DNA from: Chloroflexia bacterium
Lineage (GTDB): Bacteria > Chloroflexota > Chloroflexia > DTKN01
Direction of reading: 5' to 3'
Assembly (NCBI GenBank): GCA_036172265.1
Contig: JASFBA010000021.1
Span: 4,158-68,157, forward strand
DNA length: 64,000 nucleotides
In this document: positions 49,640-59,420 of the stretch, piece by piece
Layout of the letters: each line of letters begins with the position of its first letter
How positions within the stretch are numbered: the stretch's first letter is position 1
The notes under the pieces: model-generated
Told to the model about the DNA's origin: nothing
The model's input: the letters and a program-made list of their open reading frames with translations, nothing else
Database searches by the model: none
Made by a program: the position numbers and the translations under genes

Positions 49640-50523
49640 CGGGAATATTCTTGGACGCCAAGTCGCTATTAGACCTCTCCCTGGCCGATCTGCTTCCGGT
49701 CCTGGAGGAAAAGGCCCGGGCCGGCGGTTGCCCGCTGTGCGCCTCCTGTACCGGCAGGTGTATGGAACGGGCGCGGGAACTCCTGTCCCCCCAGGCCGGG
49801 TACTGGGCGGCCCGCTTTCGGGAAGGAGAACCGGCGGAGATCCTGGCCGGCCTGATGGACCATACGCTACTCAAGCCCGAAGCCACACCGGCCCAGATCG
49901 AAACGCTCTGCCGCGAAGCCCTCCGGCATCGCTTCTTCTCCGTCTGCGTGAACCCGCGTTATGTGCCGCAGTGCGTGCGAGTCCTTCGGGGAAGCCGCGT
50001 GCTGGTCTGCACGGTGGCCGGCTTCCCCTTGGGCGCAACCTCGACCTACGCCAAGGTCGAGGAAACCCGCCAGGCCGTCCGGGACGGGGCGAGAGAAGTG
50101 GATATGGTGCTTTCCATCGGCGACCTGAAGGCCGGGAACACGGACGTCGTCCAGGAGGAAATCGCCCGCTTGGCCGAGGTCTGCCACACCGCCGAAGCCC
50201 GACTCAAGGTGATCCTCGAGACAGCCCTGTTGGACGATGCCGAGAAGGTGCGGGCCTGCGAACTGGCCGTGGCGGCCGGGGCCGATTTCGTCAAGACCTC
50301 CACCGGCTTTGCCTCTGGTGGAGCCACGGTGTACGATGTGCTGCTAATGCGCCACACCGTGGGGGAGAGGGCGGGGGTGAAGGCCGCCGGAGGCATCCGC
50401 ACCGTCGAAGATGCCCTGAAGGTGCTGGTGGCCGGAGCCAGTCGCCTGGGGGCCAGTGCCGGAGTGCGGCTGGTGGAAGAAGCGCGCACGATATCTGGGA
50501 AGAAGAGTGCCGACGAGTTGTAG
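49633..50523 (+). CDS. deoC: Deoxyribose-phosphate aldolase with about 75-aa N-terminal extension containing CPLCASCTGRC
   Basis: DeoC core: LMDHTLLKPEATPAQIETLCREA...FFSVCVNPRYV...DMVLSIGDLKAG...ADFVKTSTGF (Schiff-base Lys). The ATG overlaps the glyQS stop (ATGGTAG). Confidence 0.75.
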   Translation: MVAGIFLDAKSLLDLSLADLLPVLEEKARAGGCPLCASCTGRCMERARELLSPQAGYWAARFREGEPAEILAGLMDHTLLKPEATPAQIETLCREALRHRFFSVCVNPRYVPQCVRVLRGSRVLVCTVAGFPLGATSTYAKVEETRQAVRDGAREVDMVLSIGDLKAGNTDVVQEEIARLAEVCHTAEARLKVILETALLDDAEKVRACELAVAAGADFVKTSTGFASGGATVYDVLLMRHTVGERAGVKAAGGIRTVEDALKVLVAGASRLGASAGVRLVEEARTISGKKSADEL

Positions 50524-50612
50524 CACGTGGATTGGAACCGCTTGACCGATGAAGGCCGGCCCCGGGCATCCACAATTACCTTGGGGACTCGGCGGTCCCC
50601 TAGGAGGAGGCT

Positions 50613-51155
50613 ATGGAACGTGGGGAAAGGCCGGTTGCGGGCCGTGCGGAAAAAGTTTCTCCTTTTCCAGCCCCTTTTCGCCCTCTGCTGGAAGCGCTCC
50701 TTGCGGCCTGCCAGGAGTATTACGGGGACCGTCTGGTTGCCCTGGCCGTCTTCGGCTCCCTGGGGCGGGGGACGGCCGGCCCGGAGTCGGATGTAGACTT
50801 CATGATCGTTTGCCGAGACCTGCCCTCAGGACGCATCCCCCGGGTGGAAGAGTTCTGCGCCCGGGTGGAGCCGGCCCTGGAGACGCTTCTAACGCAACTA
50901 TCCGCCCGGGGAGTTCACACGCGGCTGTCGCCCGTTTTCAAGACGCCCGAGGAACTCGAGGCCGGCAGCCCGTTGCTCCTGGATATGGTGGAAGATGCGG
51001 TGATCCTCTACGATCCGGAGGGCATTCTGGCCGGCCGGCTTCGGCGCCTGCGGGAACGGCTGGCCGAACTGGGAGCCCGGCGGGTCTGGCGGGGCGAGCA
51101 GTGGTACTGGGATTTGAAGCCGGATTATCGCCCAGGTGAGGTATTTGAGCTGTGA
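50613..51155 (+). CDS. Nucleotidyltransferase (MNT/MntA-like antitoxin) domain protein
   Basis: GSLGRGTAGPESDVDFMIV is the minimal nucleotidyltransferase hG[GS]...D.D motif. [13 protein letters not shown]. Confidence 0.75.
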   Translation: MERGERPVAGRAEKVSPFPAPFRPLLEALLAACQEYYGDRLVALAVFGSLGRGTAGPESDVDFMIVCRDLPSGRIPRVEEFCARVEPALETLLTQLSARGVHTRLSPVFKTPEELEAGSPLLLDMVEDAVILYDPEGILAGRLRRLRERLAELGARRVWRGEQWYWDLKPDYRPGEVFEL

Positions 51156-51568
51156 AAAACACCACGCTGGCCCAGAGTTACCTGATCAAAGCCCGTCTGC
51201 GGCTTGATTTTCTCTCCTCCCTCCTCGATGCCGGTGGGTATTCCGACGTTGTGCACAAGGCCCAGGAGATCGTAGAACTGGCCCTCAAAGGGATGCTCCG
51301 TCAGGTAGGAGTAGAGCCGCCCAAATGGCACGACGTCGGCCCCCTTCTCTTGGAGCATCGTCTTCGTTTTCCCCCCGATGTAGTTCCGGAATTGGAAACC
51401 TTGGCCGAGATCTCGCGGTGGCTGCGCCATGAACGCGAGTTTGCCTTCTACGGAGAGGTGGACCTGATCCCAACCGAGCAATATGCCCGGCAGGATGCCG
51501 TGCGAGCCCTCGCCGACGCCCGCAAGGTGGTTCAGGTGGCCTCCCGGGTGATTCCGCTGCCGGAGTAG
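51152..51568 (+). CDS. HEPN-domain protein (HepT-like toxin partner)
   Basis: Rx4-6H motif (RWLRHERE) in an all-alpha about 138-aa protein. The GTG overlaps the MNT stop. Confidence 0.7.
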   Translation: MKNTTLAQSYLIKARLRLDFLSSLLDAGGYSDVVHKAQEIVELALKGMLRQVGVEPPKWHDVGPLLLEHRLRFPPDVVPELETLAEISRWLRHEREFAFYGEVDLIPTEQYARQDAVRALADARKVVQVASRVIPLPE

Positions 51569-51572
51569 AAGG

Positions 51573-52796
51573 ATGCGCATCCTTTACCTCAGCCAGTACT
51601 TCCCTCCCGAGGTCGGCGCTACCCAGACGCGGGCCTATGAACTGGCCCAAGGGCTCGTTCAGGCCGGCCATGCCGTCACTATGCTGACCGAGGTGCCCAA
51701 CCACCCGGAGGGGATCATCCGGCCGGAGTATCGGGGACGCTTCTGGGTACGGGAGGAACTGGACGGCATTGATGTCATCCGCGTCTGGGTCTGGACCTCC
51801 CCGGTCAAGACCATGCGCACCCGCCTGGCCTTCTACTGGACCTTTATGTTCAACGCTACCCTGGCCGGGCTGCTCCGGGCCCGGGGACGCTACGACCTTC
51901 TCTATGCCACCTCGCCGCCGCTCTTCGTGGGGGGAGCGGCGCTTGCGCTTTCCTACTTGCGACGCATCCCCATGGTCTTTGAAGTGCGCGACCTCTGGCC
52001 GGAGTCGGCGGTGGCGCTGGGGGAACTCCGGAACCCGCGCTTTATCCGCTGGGCCACCGCCCTGGAGGAGCGCTGCTACCGGCGTGCCCGGCGCATCGTC
52101 GTGGTCACCGAGGGCATCCGCCGGCGGCTGCTGGAACGCGGCTTCCCGGCGGAGAAGATCGCCCTCATCCCCAACGGGGCCAATACCGACCTCTTCCGTC
52201 CCGAACCGGCGGCCGGCTACGCCCTGCGGAAGGAACTGGGCCTGGAGGAGCGCTTCCTGGTGCTCTATGCCGGCATCCACGGTGTGGCCCAGGGCCTGGA
52301 GACGGTGTTGGATGCGGCCCGGCGGCTTGCGAGTGCACCCCACATCCACTTTCTCCTGGTAGGGGAGGGACCCTGCAAGGCCGAATTGGTGCGGAAGAAG
52401 GAGGAAATGGGGCTCAGGAACGTTACGATGTTGGAAGGCCGGCCGCGAGAGGAGATGCCGGCCTTTTTCTCGGCGGCAGATGTGGCTTTGGTTCCGCTAC
52501 GACGGGTCGAACTCTTCCAGAGCGCCCTGCCCTCCAAGATGTTCGACGCCTGGGCCTGCGCCTGTCCGGTGGTGTTGAGCATCGCCGGAGAAGCGCAGGA
52601 GGTGCTGGAGCAGGCCCAGGCCGGAGTTTACGTCCCGCCGGAGGACTCGGAAGAAATGGCCCGGGCGCTCCGGGCCCTTTCGCTCGATCGGGAGGCCTGC
52701 CGGGAGATGGGTTGGCGTGGCCGGCGCTTTGTGGAAGAGCACTACTCCCGCCAGGCCCAGGCCTGGCAGTTGGTGAATTTGTTGGAGGGATTGTAA
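51573..52796 (+). CDS. Glycosyltransferase family 4 (GT-B, retaining)
   Basis: MRILYLSQYFPPEVGATQTRAYELAQGLVQAGHAV... plus a C-terminal EX7E-like region (EGRPREEMPAFFSAADVALVP). Confidence 0.8.
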   Translation: MRILYLSQYFPPEVGATQTRAYELAQGLVQAGHAVTMLTEVPNHPEGIIRPEYRGRFWVREELDGIDVIRVWVWTSPVKTMRTRLAFYWTFMFNATLAGLLRARGRYDLLYATSPPLFVGGAALALSYLRRIPMVFEVRDLWPESAVALGELRNPRFIRWATALEERCYRRARRIVVVTEGIRRRLLERGFPAEKIALIPNGANTDLFRPEPAAGYALRKELGLEERFLVLYAGIHGVAQGLETVLDAARRLASAPHIHFLLVGEGPCKAELVRKKEEMGLRNVTMLEGRPREEMPAFFSAADVALVPLRRVELFQSALPSKMFDAWACACPVVLSIAGEAQEVLEQAQAGVYVPPEDSEEMARALRALSLDREACREMGWRGRRFVEEHYSRQAQAWQLVNLLEGL

Positions 52797-52826
52797 CCAA
52801 ACCGGATCGGCCAAGGCTGCGCCTTC

Positions 52827-53879
52827 CTACTCCACCAATATCCTCACGATCTTTTCCCCCGCCCGGCCGTCGCCGAAAAGGGCCGGCCGCTTCCCCTGAG
52901 GATGAAAGGTGCGCACCGCCTCCACCATACGTTCCACCGACGTTCCCACCAATACGTTCCAGCCGGCCTCCACCGTCTCCACCCATTCGGTCTCTTCGCG
53001 CAGGGTGAGACAGGGGATGCCCAGCCAGTAGGCCTCCTTCTGTACCCCTCCGGAGTCGGTGAGGATCAGGCGGGCATTCTTCTCCAGAATCAGCATATCC
53101 AGGTAGCCGACCGGCTCGATCAAAAGCACGTTCTCCGCTGGGGAAATGCCCCACCGGGCCAGGGCGCGACGGGTGCGGGGGTGAAGGGGGAAAACGACCG
53201 GTTCGTTGGCGGCGTTCAGGCCGGCGACGATGGCGGACAGGTTTTCGCGGACGTCGGTGTTGCCGGCACGGTGGATAGTGGCCAGGAGATAGGTGCCGGA
53301 AGCCAGTCCCAGCCTTTCCAGGATGTTGGAGCGGCGTTCAGCCAGGGGAAGGCTCTGGAGGAGGATGTCGTACATTACATCGCCGACCAGGTGCACGCCG
53401 GCGGTGATGCCCTCGCGGGCCAGGTTCTCCACCGCCGTCCGGGTGGGGCAGAAGAGGAGGTCGGAGAGACGGTCGGCTATGACACGGTTGATCTCTTCGG
53501 GCATCGTCCGGTTGAAGGAGCGGAGCCCGGCCTCCACGTGGGCCAGGGGGATTTCCAGTTTGGCCGCCGCCAGCGCCCCGGCCAGGGTGGAGTTCGTATC
53601 GCCATAGACGAGCACCCGATCGGGACGTTCCTCCAGGAGGACGCGCTCGATGCCGATGAGCATCTCCCCGGTCTGCCGGCCGTGGGAAGCAGAGCCAACC
53701 CCCAGATTGACGTCGGGCTGGGGAAGGCCGAGTTCGCGGAAAAAGACGTCCGACATGAGGTCGTCATAGTGCTGGCCGGTATGGAGCAGCACCTCCTTGT
53801 GCTCCCGGCGCAATACCCGACTCACAGCAGCGGCCTTGATGAACTGGGGACGGGCCCCGACGACCGAGACGACCTTCAA
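52827..53879 (-). CDS. wecB: UDP-N-acetylglucosamine 2-epimerase (non-hydrolysing)
   Basis: KVVSVVGARPQFIKAAAVSRVL...LLHTGQHYD...DVNLGVGSASHG...HVEAGLRSFNR are WecB/MnaA hallmarks. TTG start at 53879 with an AGGAG RBS. The ORF-track N-terminal 224 aa is an artefactual extension. Confidence 0.85.
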   Translation of the reverse strand: MKVVSVVGARPQFIKAAAVSRVLRREHKEVLLHTGQHYDDLMSDVFFRELGLPQPDVNLGVGSASHGRQTGEMLIGIERVLLEERPDRVLVYGDTNSTLAGALAAAKLEIPLAHVEAGLRSFNRTMPEEINRVIADRLSDLLFCPTRTAVENLAREGITAGVHLVGDVMYDILLQSLPLAERRSNILERLGLASGTYLLATIHRAGNTDVRENLSAIVAGLNAANEPVVFPLHPRTRRALARWGISPAENVLLIEPVGYLDMLILEKNARLILTDSGGVQKEAYWLGIPCLTLREETEWVETVEAGWNVLVGTSVERMVEAVRTFHPQGKRPALFGDGRAGEKIVRILVE

Positions 53880-55297
53880 GAGCGGACTCCTGGGTTTCCA
53901 CGCCCTGTTTCCCGGCTCAGGTTGCCTCCAGGACCAAGCACCTCCCCCAGCGAACGCCCTACCAGGAAGAGGTTCAACCCCAGCGTCGTCAGCCCGATCA
54001 GGTTGAAGGCCAGTTCCGAGGTGAGGGCGTAGAGGATGGGGAAGAGCGCCACCGGCACATAGAGCCAGAGATACAGGGTTTTCCAGGACACCCGGCCCTG
54101 GCTGTAGACGAGAAGGAGGGGAAGGATCAGGGGCAGTCCGGTGTAGATGTGCATATGCCAGGAAATGGCGCAGGTGGCGGCGTAGGTGCCGAGGAGGACA
54201 AAGCCGAAGGAAGGGGAGGAGGCCTCCGGCCGGCGTGACCAGAGCACCAACCCGGCGACGGCGGTTGCCACCATCCCGATAACGGCCGGCACCCAGGCCA
54301 GGGCGGCGGGCAGAACCAGCCCGAGGTTGGCTGCCAGCGAGCGCCAGTTCATCATCAACTGGGGGTTGATGGTGCGGTTCTCCCCGAAGGAGGCCTTGAG
54401 GTAAAGGTTCCCCACCGCCAGGAGGCCGTCGGTTCCGACCAGGGCCACTGAAAGGAACAGGATGAGAGAGGCCAGCAGGATGAAGCCGGCCAGTGTCCGA
54501 AAACGTCGGCCGAGGATCAGTCCAGGGAGAAAAAGGACGAGCACCTGCCACTTCAGGAACAGGCCGGCCAGCCAGAGACCGGCCCGAAAATCCCGGCCCC
54601 GAATCAAGGCCAGGATGAACTCGCCCATACAGACAAGCAATAAAACGTTGACCTGCCCGGCTAGAAGGCTGGTGAAGACAGGTATGCTGAACACCATGCG
54701 GGAGAGGATGCCCCAGTCCAGATGGTCCTGCAGGGCCTTGCGAAAACGCCAGAGGTAAAGGACGAGGAGCAGGACGTTCAGGCCGGTCCAGAGGTAGAAA
54801 CTGGTGCGGGGATCAAAGAGGAGAAGCGGCAGGAACAGGAGGACAAAGGCCGGCAGGTAGTAGGTAGGAGCGTAGTCATAGCCGTCGAAGCCGGTGCCGA
54901 AGATGCCCTGGTCGTACCAGGGCTTTTGGAACTCGTTCTGCTTGGCCGGGTCGTAGATCGCGCCGAAGCCGTATTTCCAGGCGATCTCGGCCGAGGCACG
55001 GAAGGTCCGAAAATCCACGCCCAGATGGTTGACGACCCGCCCCGTCCAGAGGAAAAAGAGGCCAAAGGCCAGGTAGAAGAGGCCCAGCATGGCCAGGGCA
55101 AGGTTCAGCCACCCCCGAAGGCCCAGGGCGTGAAAGGGCAGTCTTCGGGCAACCCGTCGAGGAGGGCCCTTCGCCCTGAGGCGCCGCACCGTCCCTGCCC
55201 TGGGCCGGGCCAGGCCGTTTCTGGCCAGGCCGGCCAGGAACGCCTGCCACCGGCGCTCCAGACGCAGCCTCTCGCCAGGAGGAAGGACGAAGGACAT
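53876..55297 (-). CDS. Polytopic membrane glycosyltransferase-like protein (DUF2029/GT87-like), putative
   Basis: Arg-rich cytoplasmic N-terminus then more than 10 TM helices. AGGAAGGAG RBS. Sits 3 nt after the ATPase stop and 4 nt overlapping wecB, forming an operon. Confidence 0.5.
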   Translation of the reverse strand: MSFVLPPGERLRLERRWQAFLAGLARNGLARPRAGTVRRLRAKGPPRRVARRLPFHALGLRGWLNLALAMLGLFYLAFGLFFLWTGRVVNHLGVDFRTFRASAEIAWKYGFGAIYDPAKQNEFQKPWYDQGIFGTGFDGYDYAPTYYLPAFVLLFLPLLLFDPRTSFYLWTGLNVLLLVLYLWRFRKALQDHLDWGILSRMVFSIPVFTSLLAGQVNVLLLVCMGEFILALIRGRDFRAGLWLAGLFLKWQVLVLFLPGLILGRRFRTLAGFILLASLILFLSVALVGTDGLLAVGNLYLKASFGENRTINPQLMMNWRSLAANLGLVLPAALAWVPAVIGMVATAVAGLVLWSRRPEASSPSFGFVLLGTYAATCAISWHMHIYTGLPLILPLLLVYSQGRVSWKTLYLWLYVPVALFPILYALTSELAFNLIGLTTLGLNLFLVGRSLGEVLGPGGNLSRETGRGNPGVRS

Positions 55298-55300
55298 CCG

Positions 55301-58198
55301 CTATGCTCCTTCCTGTAGCCCAGGAGAAGATCCTCCTGAGCCGGCCGTTTCCGGCGATGTCTCCTTCCCTCCGGAAGAAATGGGGAGAACCGCCTGACGC
55401 CGTCGCGCTTCTCGCCACCGCAGTATCGCCTTGGTAGCCTCGGCCCCCAGGGCCGGCAAGAAAGCCAATGGAAGCAAGAGGCCCCACTCCGGCAGGGTCA
55501 AGAAAGTAGTATGGAAGACCGGATCGAGGAAGGGAACGTAGATGATCGCCAGAAGGATGAGGAAAGAACTGCCCACAGCCCAGAGCATGCTCCGGTTGCT
55601 CAAGAGGCCCAGTCGCCGGAGGGAAACGCGCTCGGAGCGGGCGGTAAAGGCACGCAGGAGTTCGGCCGTGACAAGCGTGGCCAGGGCCAGGGTCTGGGCA
55701 GCGGCGATCGGCTCGGCCCGGCCTTCGTGCCAGCGCAACCCGATCAGGAAAGCGGCCAGCGTCGTCGCCGCGATCAATACGCTCTGCACGGCGATGCCCC
55801 CCCACATCTCCCGGTTGATGATCGGCTCCTTCGGGGGACGGGGCGGGCGCTTCATCACGTCCGGTTCGGGCGGCTCCATCCCCAACGCCAGGGCCGGCAG
55901 GCCGTCGGTCACCAGGTTGAGCATAAGGAGGTGGATCGGCAAAAAAGGCAGGGCCGGCAGGCCCAAAACGGTGGCCAGAAAGACGATGAGGATTTCTCCC
56001 ACGTTGCAGGAAAGAAGGTAGTAAACGAACTTGCGGATGTTGGAGAAGATGACCCGCCCCTCCTCGACGGCGGCGACGATGGAGGCATAGTTGTCATCGG
56101 TAAGCACCATGTCGGCCGCTTCCTTGGCCACATCCGTCCCGGTAATGCCCATGGCCACGCCGATGTCGGCACGTTTGACCGCCGGGGCATCGTTCACCCC
56201 ATCGCCGGTCATCGCCACGATGTGCCCCTGGGCCTTGAGGGCGTCCACAATGCGCACCTTATGCTGGGGAGAGACCCGCGAGTACACGTCCACGACCGCA
56301 GCCAGGCGGCGGAAGGTCTCCTCATCCATGCGGTCAAGTTCCTCGCCCGTGAGCCCCTGGCAGCCTGGGGTGAACATATGAAGGTCGCTGGCAATGGCCA
56401 TGGCCGTGCGCTTGTGGTCGCCGGTGATCATAATCGTCTTGATACCGGCCTCTCGGGCCGTCCGAACGGCATCTCGCACCTCCGGCCGGGGCGGGTCGAT
56501 CATCCCCACCAGGCCCAGGAAGACGAGGTCCTGTTCCACTTCTTCGGCCCGGGGGTTTTCCGGCAATTCTTGAAGCGGCCGGCAGGCTACCGCCAGGACG
56601 CGCAGGGCATCCCCGGCCATGCCGTCCATAGCGGCCAGGATTTTCTCCCCGTCCTGGGCACTCAGGGGGCAGATGCAACCGTCATCCAGGAGGTATCGGG
56701 AACGCTCCAGGAGGAGGTCAGGGGCTCCTTTGGTAAAGGCCAGGTAAGGGCTGGCGGCGAAGAAAGGCAAGCGCGCCTCGCCCTGGCTGCTCGCCCAGGC
56801 ATGCAGGGTGGTCATCCGTTTGCGTATGGAGTCAAAGGGCACTTCGCCGACACGGGGGAAGCGCTTTTCCATCTCCTTCTGCCACAGGCCGGCCTTGGCC
56901 GCCAGCACCACCAGCGCCCCCTCCGTCGGATCGCCGACCATACGGTAACGCTTTTCTCCGGCCCCCTCGATCTCCTCCAGGCGGGCATCGTTGCAGAGGA
57001 GGCCGCCCAGGAGGACGCCGCAAAGGGCCGGCCGATCTTCCGGGCGCACCTCTTCGCCGTGCAGGAGGAGGCGTCCCCAGGGCTGGTAACCCCGTCCTTC
57101 CACCCCGTAGGAAAGGCCGCCGGCCCAGATTTTAACCACGGTCATCTCGTTCTGGGTGAGGGTGCCGGTCTTATCCGAGCAGATGACGGTGGCCGAGCCC
57201 AGCGTCTCCACGGCCGGCAGGTTGCGGATGAGGGCATGGCGACGGAGCATGCGCTGCGTACCCAGCGCCAGGCAGATGGTGACGACGGCCGGAAGACCCT
57301 CGGGCACGGCGGCGATGGCCAGACTGACGGCCGTCATAAAGAGGACCAGGAGGGTCTCCATCTGCGGCGGCCATTTCTGCACCAGTCCGAGCGCAAAGAT
57401 GATTCCGCAGACTACCAGCGCGGCTATCCCCAGCCAGCGCCCCAACTGATCCAATTTGATCTGAAGAGGGGTCGGTTCGGTCTCGTAGGAGCGCAGCATT
57501 TCGGCGATCAGGCCCAACTGAGTATGTCGGCCCGTGGCCGTGACGATCCCTTTCCCCCGGCCGTAGGAGATCACCGTGCCCATAAAGGCGCTGTTGAGGC
57601 GATCTCCTACAGGTATCTCGCTCTGAAAGACCTCGACTGCGCGCTTTTCCACCGGCACCGATTCGCCCGTGAGGGCGGCCTCTCCGATCCGCAAATTGAC
57701 GCTTTCCGCCAGGCGCAAGTCGGCCGGGACGTAATTGCCGGCCTCCACGAGGACCAGATCGCCGGGCACCAGTTCCCGGGCCGGGATTGTCTGCATATGC
57801 CCATCGCGAATCACATGGGCGTTGGGGGCCGCCATCTTCCGCAGGGCACGTAGGGCGTTTTCGGCACGGCTTTCCTGGACGACGCCCAGGACGGCGTTCA
57901 GGAAGACGATGGCGAAGATGGCAGCAGCATCCACATACTCCTCGCCGCCGCCCTGCGGGTAGAAGATGGCAATAATCAGAGAAATGACGGCGGCCAGGAG
58001 GAGGATCATCACCAGGAAACTTTTGAACTGGTTCAGGAAACGTTGCCAGAGAGGCGTGGGGGCTTCTTCTGGGAGTTCGTTAAAGCCGAACTTTTCCAGC
58101 CGGGCATGGGCCTCTTCGGCGCTCAGCCCGTACTCCAGGTCGGTCTGCAGGCGCTGCGCTGCTTCCTCAGCGGGGAGGCGATAGGCCTCTTCCAACAT
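55301..58198 (-). CDS. Cation-transporting P-type ATPase (SERCA/PMCA-like, probable Ca2+ pump)
   Basis: 965 aa. [10 protein letters not shown] phosphorylation motif. [42 protein letters not shown]. 10 TM. Confidence 0.9.
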   Translation of the reverse strand: MLEEAYRLPAEEAAQRLQTDLEYGLSAEEAHARLEKFGFNELPEEAPTPLWQRFLNQFKSFLVMILLLAAVISLIIAIFYPQGGGEEYVDAAAIFAIVFLNAVLGVVQESRAENALRALRKMAAPNAHVIRDGHMQTIPARELVPGDLVLVEAGNYVPADLRLAESVNLRIGEAALTGESVPVEKRAVEVFQSEIPVGDRLNSAFMGTVISYGRGKGIVTATGRHTQLGLIAEMLRSYETEPTPLQIKLDQLGRWLGIAALVVCGIIFALGLVQKWPPQMETLLVLFMTAVSLAIAAVPEGLPAVVTICLALGTQRMLRRHALIRNLPAVETLGSATVICSDKTGTLTQNEMTVVKIWAGGLSYGVEGRGYQPWGRLLLHGEEVRPEDRPALCGVLLGGLLCNDARLEEIEGAGEKRYRMVGDPTEGALVVLAAKAGLWQKEMEKRFPRVGEVPFDSIRKRMTTLHAWASSQGEARLPFFAASPYLAFTKGAPDLLLERSRYLLDDGCICPLSAQDGEKILAAMDGMAGDALRVLAVACRPLQELPENPRAEEVEQDLVFLGLVGMIDPPRPEVRDAVRTAREAGIKTIMITGDHKRTAMAIASDLHMFTPGCQGLTGEELDRMDEETFRRLAAVVDVYSRVSPQHKVRIVDALKAQGHIVAMTGDGVNDAPAVKRADIGVAMGITGTDVAKEAADMVLTDDNYASIVAAVEEGRVIFSNIRKFVYYLLSCNVGEILIVFLATVLGLPALPFLPIHLLMLNLVTDGLPALALGMEPPEPDVMKRPPRPPKEPIINREMWGGIAVQSVLIAATTLAAFLIGLRWHEGRAEPIAAAQTLALATLVTAELLRAFTARSERVSLRRLGLLSNRSMLWAVGSSFLILLAIIYVPFLDPVFHTTFLTLPEWGLLLPLAFLPALGAEATKAILRWREARRRQAVLPISSGGKETSPETAGSGGSSPGLQEGA

Positions 58199-58228
58199 CG
58201 GACTTTTCCATCACCCAAGTACTCAGAA

Positions 58229-58255
58229 GCGACCTGGCTTCAGGTCGCCTTTTTC
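58229..58255 (+). terminator. Terminator-like hairpin (GCGACCTG-gctt-CAGGTCGC + CTTTTTCG) in the ATPase 5' leader, oriented for the plus strand
   Basis: Perfect 8-bp stem with a T5 tract on the plus strand. On the minus strand it is the first structure of the ATPase mRNA, about 60-nt UTR downstream of the TTGCAG-17-TATAAT promoter at 58265..58293. Confidence 0.45.
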
Positions 58256-58677
58256 GTGTCCTGTATTATAACCGCTCCTGGGCCATCCTGCAAACGGTCC
58301 ATTCTCTCGGTGTCTGTTTCCGGTTAGCAGGCCAAGCCGCATCATCCGCGCCCTTTAGAGGCGAAAATTAGCCCAACTTCCGCCTGCTCCTATCCCGATG
58401 TTTTCTCCGACCTACTAACCGCGCAGGCGAAGGCCATGCCTTCGCTTACCGTGCCGGCACGAATGATGAAAGGATGTCTGACCACACTTGTCGAGTTCTG
58501 CGGCCCGGCAGGACTTCGTCCCCCGGCGAGGGGGCTTGCCTCGATGCCCCTGGGATGGATCGAGAGGCATCCCTACTCCCCCAGGGGTAACCTTGCTGTA
58601 ATCTCCAAGGCTTGCCGGCCGAAGCAGGCGAGCCTAAGATAAAGTTGTCTGAAAAAGCGATTGGCCGGAGGAACAAT

Positions 58678-59337
58678 ATGACCCTGATCACCCGGATCGA
58701 AAGAACCCTACCGGCGGAAGTCCGTTTGGCTGAGGATAACGCCGCCCTTCTCCAAGCGATGGGCATCGTGGCCGCCCACTTGGTGGCTTCTCCCGGGGCT
58801 GGAAAGACCCAACTCATTCTGCGTACGGCCGAAAGTTTGGGACGGCAGTTGCGCCTGGGCATTGTCCAGGCTACCCTCTCCCTCCCCACCTCCCCTTCCC
58901 CTCTCGAAGGATTGGACCTCCCCTGCGTCCAGGTCTATACCGGCGGCCGGCCCGGCCTGGATGCCAGTATGTTCCGGGAGGCTCTGGAGCAACTCCCCCT
59001 GGCCGACCTAGACCTGTTGCTTATCGAAGACATCGGCACGCTGACCTCGCCTTCGGGATGCCCGCTGGGTGTCACCCTACAAGTTGTCGTGACGAGCCTG
59101 CCCGAGGGAGAGGATTGCGCCCTGCGCTATCCGGAGCCCTTTGTCCATGCCGATGCCATCATCTTGAACAAACTTGACCTGCTTTCTGTGCTGGAATTCG
59201 ACCGGACGCGCTTTCGCCAGGTCGTGCGCCGCCTGAATTCGGAGGCTCCGCTCTTTGAAATCTCCTGTCGCACCGGAGAAGGCCTGAAAAATTGGGAGAC
59301 CTGGCTTCAGGAAGAGGTCAAGAAACGCCGCAACTAA
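58678..59337 (+). CDS. HypB-like G3E-family GTPase (atypical: CPA metal motif replaced)
   Basis: LAEDNAALLQAMGIVAAHLVASPGAGKTQLIL is a HypB-type N-region with P-loop. ADAIILNKLDLL (NKxD). IEDIGTLTSP replaces the HypB ENVGNLVCPA. GGAGG RBS before the ATG at 58678. The ORF-track start 58612 is unsupported. Confidence 0.6.
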   Translation: MTLITRIERTLPAEVRLAEDNAALLQAMGIVAAHLVASPGAGKTQLILRTAESLGRQLRLGIVQATLSLPTSPSPLEGLDLPCVQVYTGGRPGLDASMFREALEQLPLADLDLLLIEDIGTLTSPSGCPLGVTLQVVVTSLPEGEDCALRYPEPFVHADAIILNKLDLLSVLEFDRTRFRQVVRRLNSEAPLFEISCRTGEGLKNWETWLQEEVKKRRN

Positions 59338-59340
59338 GAG

Positions 59341-59418
59341 CCTATCCGAAAACCCCCGCTGGGCAGGCAAAGGCCGTGCTTTCGCCTGCCCACAGATACC
59401 CCGAAGTTTTCGGATAGG
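59341..59418. repeat. Nested double-hairpin element between convergent genes (outer 13-bp stem CCTATCCGAAAAC/GTTTTCGGATAGG; inner GGGCAGGCAAAGG/CTTTCGCCTGCCC)
   Basis: Starts 4 nt after the hypB-like stop and ends 3 nt before the ribF stop. The inner hairpin belongs to the (T)AGGCGAAGGC family. Confidence 0.65.
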
Positions 59419-59420
59419 TC

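Noticed and set aside
53880-54551. First 224 codons of ORF 52827..54551
   Set aside because: This stretch is low-complexity, lacks homology, and overlaps the upstream membrane gene. WecB homology starts at the TTG at 53879, which has an AGGAG RBS.
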